64,000 bases of DNA from Spirochaetota bacterium (GTDB lineage Bacteria; Spirochaetota; UBA4802; JAFGDQ01): positions 16,371 through 80,370 of the forward strand of contig JAFGSG010000025.1 of the NCBI GenBank assembly GCA_016934735.1. The letters run 5' to 3'. A program made the translations under genes and the position numbers. Below are positions 59,345 through 64,000 of the stretch, in pieces. Positions within the stretch are counted from its first letter, which is position 1; every line of letters begins with the position of its first letter. The notes under the pieces were generated by a model, which was not told the origin of the DNA, did no database searches, and saw nothing but the letters and a program-made list of their open reading frames with translations.

Positions 59345-60334
59345 TTGCAGCCTGCTGAGGTCTTTTTGAAAAAATTTTTAACTATTATAATACTAATCCT
59401 GCTTTTTACTTCCCATATTGCGTCTCAGGAATCGCTTACCGGCAATACAGATCAAATGCCGGAGAAAGAAACGGTCAGACTGCCGGAAAATCTATATGAC
59501 TCCTTTCAATTTGATCCTGGTACTGCGCCCTATGTCCGCTATGGACTTTATGCTTTCGGCCCTTTGTTTATGATAGGATACGGACTTGGTACATGGGGAT
59601 GGAATTCAACGAATTTTAATTTTAAAACCGAAAAACCATTTGGGACATATGCGATAAACGCAGGAGTTGACAAACTAGGTCATTTGTACGGCAACTATGC
59701 CATGAAAAGACTTACAACATTCATGTTTAAAGCAAGCGGATCATCTCTTAATAAAGCCAATCTTGAGGGTGCTTTGCTTACCGCCATAATTACTACAGCC
59801 GGAGAGATTGGAGACGGCTTTGGCCCTAATTACGGATTTGATGTTTATGACTTGCTTGCAAATCAGGTTGGAATACTGGTCGGGTTTATCCTTGACTATT
59901 CCCCTTTTCTGGACAGGATATTCACATTAAGATGGGAATATTTCCCCACTAAAGCCATGAGAGAAAAGTTTGACCTGATAGAGCATCATGACATTTTCAC
60001 TGATTACAGCGGATCTAAATTCATGCTCACGACTAAACTTGGAGGCATACCCTATCTTTCGCTTACTCCTTTACGGTATGTCAATATGGATGCGGGTTAT
60101 TACGCGCGCGGATACAGGCCTGCGAAAGGCTTTGACAGGAGAACAAGAAATTTTTATATCGGTCTGTCCGTGAATTTCTCAATTGCATTCGGTGATATTC
60201 TTCCGACAGGTTATCTGTCATCTTCAATGCAATCATTCTTTAATTATATGCAAGTGCCATATGTCAATTGGGAAGCAAAACGCTGGGTAATCTCCGATCG
60301 TCCGCAATCGGATTGGAAAGAAGAAGACATTTAA
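59345..60334 (+). CDS. Secreted/outer-membrane hypothetical protein
   Basis: Signal peptide (LKKFLTIIILILLFTSHIASQ), Gly/aromatic-rich beta-strand-like segments; no identifiable family. Confidence 0.5.
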   Translation: MQPAEVFLKKFLTIIILILLFTSHIASQESLTGNTDQMPEKETVRLPENLYDSFQFDPGTAPYVRYGLYAFGPLFMIGYGLGTWGWNSTNFNFKTEKPFGTYAINAGVDKLGHLYGNYAMKRLTTFMFKASGSSLNKANLEGALLTAIITTAGEIGDGFGPNYGFDVYDLLANQVGILVGFILDYSPFLDRIFTLRWEYFPTKAMREKFDLIEHHDIFTDYSGSKFMLTTKLGGIPYLSLTPLRYVNMDAGYYARGYRPAKGFDRRTRNFYIGLSVNFSIAFGDILPTGYLSSSMQSFFNYMQVPYVNWEAKRWVISDRPQSDWKEEDI

Positions 60335-60448
60335 TTACAAGTTATTCTGAAAATAATTTTTTCCCGATAAAATACATCACAAAATTATTGGGATATATCT
60401 AAAATTATTTAAACAAATGCTGATTTTCAAATATATTTTTATAAATAG

Positions 60449-60859
60449 TTATGCAAGATCAGTTCCTGTGCTGCTCATTATTAAATTAGCGTTTTTTAGT
60501 CCGCGAAGAGCTTTAATCTTCTCATGAAGTTCGCGTATATTTTTCGCCCTGCCGGATACAATTACCACCTCAAGGCAGTTATGATGATCAATGTGTACAT
60601 GTGTTGCAGATACTATATGTTCATTAAAGTCATGTTGAAGTTCAGTAATCTTTTCCTGAATTTTCGGCTGATGATGATCAAAAATAAAAGTTATTACACC
60701 GAAGACTTCTTTGTCTGTTTCCCACTCTTCTTTAACGAAAACATCTCTTATCAGGTCCCGTATGGCTTCAGAACGATTAGTGTACTTTTTTATTTGAAGA
60801 TACTTATCGAATTTTTCTAAAAGATTTTCGTCAAGGGATATTGAAAAACGTCTGAGCAT
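60449..60859 (-). CDS. nikR: Nickel-responsive regulator NikR (RHH DNA-binding plus ACT-like metal-binding domain)
   Basis: N-terminus MLRRFSISLDENLLEKFDKYLQIKKYTNRSEAIRDLIRD parallels the E. coli NikR ribbon-helix-helix; C-terminal His cluster (HVHIDHHNC). Confidence 0.8.
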   Translation of the reverse strand: MLRRFSISLDENLLEKFDKYLQIKKYTNRSEAIRDLIRDVFVKEEWETDKEVFGVITFIFDHHQPKIQEKITELQHDFNEHIVSATHVHIDHHNCLEVVIVSGRAKNIRELHEKIKALRGLKNANLIMSSTGTDLA

Positions 60860-60980
60860 TTTTTTAATACCGGAAATTTTATAAGTTGCAGCAAAGACAA
60901 ATTTATTCTATTTTATAAAAACAAATTGTATCAAGTTAATTATACAATATAATTGGGCAGGAAAATGTTAAAACAATAGA

Positions 60981-62204
60981 TTAATTAATAGTTTTTCCTT
61001 CAATATCCATCGAAGACGGTTCTCTCGCTTCCATCTTTAAAAGGCTTCTTTCAAGCAGTCTGTTCTTAATAGAATAAACCTGATATTCATTGCTTAGAAC
61101 ATTGATCATAATCCTTTTATCATCTTCTTCCAGATTAACCCTAAAAGGTCTGTCGTAAAATTTAACATTAATTTTACTTCTGCTTTTTTGATATTTGCAG
61201 AAAACAATAATCTCGGGTTTTAAAATATCTTTTTGTCCAAGCCCGACTATAATAGCCAGTTCCTGTGTATTAAGCTCGCATATTTCATGTCTGCCGTAAA
61301 AATGCTTCGTATTATTGACAAAGGGCCCGAGAATATTAATGAATTTATCCACCAGATCATAATCGAAATGATTGTTGATTGAATTCAATAATATCTTCAG
61401 AGCATTTGCCGGCGAAGCGGCATTTCGGTAAGGCCTTCTTGAAGTTAACGCGTCAAATACATCACATATGGAAATAATTTTCGGGAACATGGGCAAATTT
61501 TCATATGGCAATCCGTAATATCCCTTGTTATTGTACTTTTCATGATGAAAAAGTATACACTGCTGAACGATAACATCGGATGAAGCCACGGATTTTATTA
61601 TTTCGTATCCGAGCTGGGGATGTCTTTTCATTTTCTGAAATTCAGTGACATTCAGTTTGCCTTTTTTATTCAGAAGCTGTTTATCAAGCTTCATCTTTCC
61701 AATATCATGCAAAAAGGCGCCAAGAAGAAGTGATTTGAGTTCTTCCATGGAATATTTTTTTAATTTGTTTGAAAATACGGATACTAGTAAAAGCACATTC
61801 ACTGAGTGATTGTATGTATAATCATCATACGAATTTAAATCTTTAAGGAGTTTGATGGTATCGGTTTCGGAAGAAACCAAGTCATTCAGAATAACTTCAA
61901 TCAGGTCTTCAGATTCTTTATATTTGCCTTTGCTGATTTTGTCGGTCTTGATTATTTCGTCCATTATTTCACGGGATTTATTTAAAGCGCTGTAGATACG
62001 GTGATTGGGTATATTGCCCATTTCATCTGCAAAGGAATAGTATACGATTTTCCCGTGTTTCTGAATAATATTATTAATTATTTCGATGGACAATGCGGTT
62101 CTTGCTTCTAATATCTTTTCTCCTGTATCCGTGTAAAGCGGATATATAAGCATACTTTCAGGCCCAAGATATGTAAGGTCAATTTTAAGTCTTTCTGTTG
62201 CCAT
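60981..62204 (-). CDS. HD-GYP-type phosphohydrolase (non-canonical GYY motif) with N-terminal sensory domain
   Basis: HD motif LGAFLHDIGK; HHEKYNNKGYYGLP in place of HHExxDGxGYP; DVFDALTSRRPYR. Confidence 0.7.
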   Translation of the reverse strand: MATERLKIDLTYLGPESMLIYPLYTDTGEKILEARTALSIEIINNIIQKHGKIVYYSFADEMGNIPNHRIYSALNKSREIMDEIIKTDKISKGKYKESEDLIEVILNDLVSSETDTIKLLKDLNSYDDYTYNHSVNVLLLVSVFSNKLKKYSMEELKSLLLGAFLHDIGKMKLDKQLLNKKGKLNVTEFQKMKRHPQLGYEIIKSVASSDVIVQQCILFHHEKYNNKGYYGLPYENLPMFPKIISICDVFDALTSRRPYRNAASPANALKILLNSINNHFDYDLVDKFINILGPFVNNTKHFYGRHEICELNTQELAIIVGLGQKDILKPEIIVFCKYQKSRSKINVKFYDRPFRVNLEEDDKRIMINVLSNEYQVYSIKNRLLERSLLKMEAREPSSMDIEGKTIN

Positions 62205-62459
62205 TTAATTAGTACTTGTCTTTTTACTCGCTCAATATATAAGATATATAAATATTCTGGTTTATACAAATACCATTTTATGAAAAGTTTAATTTTTTTC
62301 TACCTATTTTTTTCAATATAAAAAAAATAAATTGCTTTATTATTATATTGATAACCAGCAAATACTCATTTTAAAAATAAATTTTTATCTTAAAAATTGA
62401 AAATCCTATTAAAAATCAATATCATAAATATTTCTTGACATTATGTCCCATTTATCGTC

Positions 62460-62476
62460 TGATAATAGAATTATCA
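62460..62476. promoter_or_regulatory. 7-3-7 dyad TGATAAT-aga-ATTATCA (Fur/metalloregulator-like operator) upstream of the Opp-family permease operon
   Basis: Perfect inverted repeat about 50 bp before the permease ATG, just downstream of TTGACA at 62435-62440. Confidence 0.3.
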
Positions 62477-62524
62477 GAGTCAACATTATCTATTTATCAA
62501 GGATAACTAAGTATATATTTATAA

Positions 62525-63541
62525 ATGAAATCATATTTTATTAGAAGACTTATATTAATAATTCCGACATTTCTCGGGATATCACTAATGGTCTTCACAA
62601 TAACACGGTTTGTACCAGGCGGCCCGATCGAAAGAATGCTGGCGCAGGCTCAGCAGGCTGAAGCTGCCATGCCTGGCAGTCATAGAATAAGCCAGTCGCC
62701 CCTCTCTGAAGACCAGCTCAATGAACTTAAAAAATATTATGGTTTTGATAAACCTGTCATTGTGAGCTACATTTTATGGCTAGGTAAAGTACTGCAGTTT
62801 GACCTCGGCAGTTCAACGAGATATTACGAACCTGTACTCGATATTATAAAAAGCAAGCTTCCTGTTTCTTTATTTTACGGAATTCTTGCAATGATACTCA
62901 GCTATTCCGTATGCATCCCGCTAGGTATATTAAAAGCAATCAAGCACAGAACTACAATAGATAACGCAACCTCTGTAATCGTATTTATTGGATATGCAAT
63001 TCCCAACTATGTCGTTGCTATCATATTACTGATTACCTTTTCATCATGGCTGAATATCTTTCCTCTCGGAGGATTTACAAGTGATAATTTTTATGAACTC
63101 AGCCTGATCGGCAGGATATGGGATTTATTGCATCATGCAATTCTACCGCTGATATCTTACATGGCAGGCAGTTTTGCCGTAATGACTTTTATGATGAAGA
63201 ACTCGCTTATGGATCATCTTGCTTCCGATTTTGTGAGGACTGCAATAGCAAAAGGCCTTCCGTTTAAGAAAGCTGTATTTAAACACGCATTCAGGAACAG
63301 CCTGATTCCTTTAGCAACAAATTTCGGAAATAATATTTCCTTAATCTTAATGGGTTCATATCTCGTTGAAAAAATATTCAACATAGACGGCATGGGACTA
63401 CTGGGGCTGGAATCAGTAATCGAAAGGGATTATCCTGTTGTAATGGGCATACTTGTAATATCTTCATTATTATTTATGATAGGCAATATATTATCCGATG
63501 TATGCGTGGCAATTGTAGATCCGAGGGTTCAGTTTAAATAA
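62525..63541 (+). CDS. ABC transporter permease, OppB/DppB/NikB/YejB family
   Basis: Six TM segments, long periplasmic loop after TM1, EAA-like motif region (FVRTAIAKGLPFKKAVFKHAFRN). Confidence 0.8.
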   Translation: MKSYFIRRLILIIPTFLGISLMVFTITRFVPGGPIERMLAQAQQAEAAMPGSHRISQSPLSEDQLNELKKYYGFDKPVIVSYILWLGKVLQFDLGSSTRYYEPVLDIIKSKLPVSLFYGILAMILSYSVCIPLGILKAIKHRTTIDNATSVIVFIGYAIPNYVVAIILLITFSSWLNIFPLGGFTSDNFYELSLIGRIWDLLHHAILPLISYMAGSFAVMTFMMKNSLMDHLASDFVRTAIAKGLPFKKAVFKHAFRNSLIPLATNFGNNISLILMGSYLVEKIFNIDGMGLLGLESVIERDYPVVMGILVISSLLFMIGNILSDVCVAIVDPRVQFK

Positions 63542-63669
63542 TGCGGGGATTGCTGAATCATCATCCCTAACGCCTGTCCCGGCATACAGCCTGTAGCTGG
63601 AAACATTTAAACTACTCATGGATAGAGGAATTGTAATATAAAATTTCCATTAGAAATTACAAAAGAATC

Positions 63670-64000
63670 TATGTTTAATTTTAATCCTTTAACAATAAAG
63701 CAGATACGCAGATTTAAAACGATTAAAAGAGGATATATATCTTTTATTATTTTTTGTATGTTTATACTGATCTCAATTATTGCCGAACTGCTTGTGAGCA
63801 ACAGGGCGCTGGTTGTAAAATACAACGACACGTATTACTTCCCTGCATACGGCGATATTATACCCGGCAAAGTTTTCGGGCTTGATTACGAATATGAAAC
63901 AAATTACAGGGATCTTGCAAAGATATTCAGCAGTGCTCCGGAAAGCAGCAACTTTGTAGTACTGCCCCCGGTACCGTACAACGCGTTCGAGAACGACCTG
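63670..64000 (+). CDS. ABC transporter permease, OppC/DppC/NikC/YejE family (N-terminal part; runs off the window end)
   Basis: ATG at 63670; N-terminal TM helix then the long periplasmic segment typical of YejE/OppC-type permeases; frame open to the window end. Confidence 0.55.

Overview
This is an AT-rich, gene-dense chromosomal window from an anaerobic bacterium. LPS-heptose genes (gmhA/hldE), an M23/LysM peptidase and beta-barrel OMP candidates suggest a diderm envelope. It contains about 50 protein genes, one tRNA-Asn(GTT), and no transposases, integrases or CRISPR repeats. Ordinary housekeeping genes are recJ (5' part), an RNase H-like/zinc-ribbon pair, a phospho-sugar mutase, recD-recB, recC (unlinked, 17 kb away), rluA-family pseudouridine synthase, a CDF transporter, gmhA/hldE, sufC/sufBD, ugd, hflX, nfnAB, uvrC, purL, aat, nikR and Opp-family permeases. 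The standout is a tightly packed, same-strand 12-gene block (about 11.0-25.4 kb, minus strand). It couples an acyl-CoA dehydrogenase and an acyl-CoA ligase to EtfAB, three HdrA-type flavoproteins (one carrying a GltD-like NAD(P)H module), HdrB/HdrC-like subunits, MvhD, an extra Fe-S protein and a soluble HdrD/GlcF-like CCG protein. I read this as a candidate flavin-based electron-bifurcating/confurcating supercomplex for acyl-CoA oxidation. A divergent thymidylate-synthase-family gene sits directly upstream on the same strand. Secondary points are degenerate c-di-GMP enzymes (SGEEF GGDEF receiver protein; HD-GYP with GYY), an HldE with a degenerate adenylyltransferase domain, candidate operator palindromes (metalloregulator-like 7-3-7 dyad near nikR/opp; GC-rich palindrome in the recC/rluA promoter; CTGTTGttCAACAG before suf), a recurring promoter motif AAATATTTGAC(T), several clean rho-independent terminators, and a FadL/PorV-like OMP next to a compositionally odd hypothetical protein. 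All calls rest on reading motifs and translations by eye; no database search was run.
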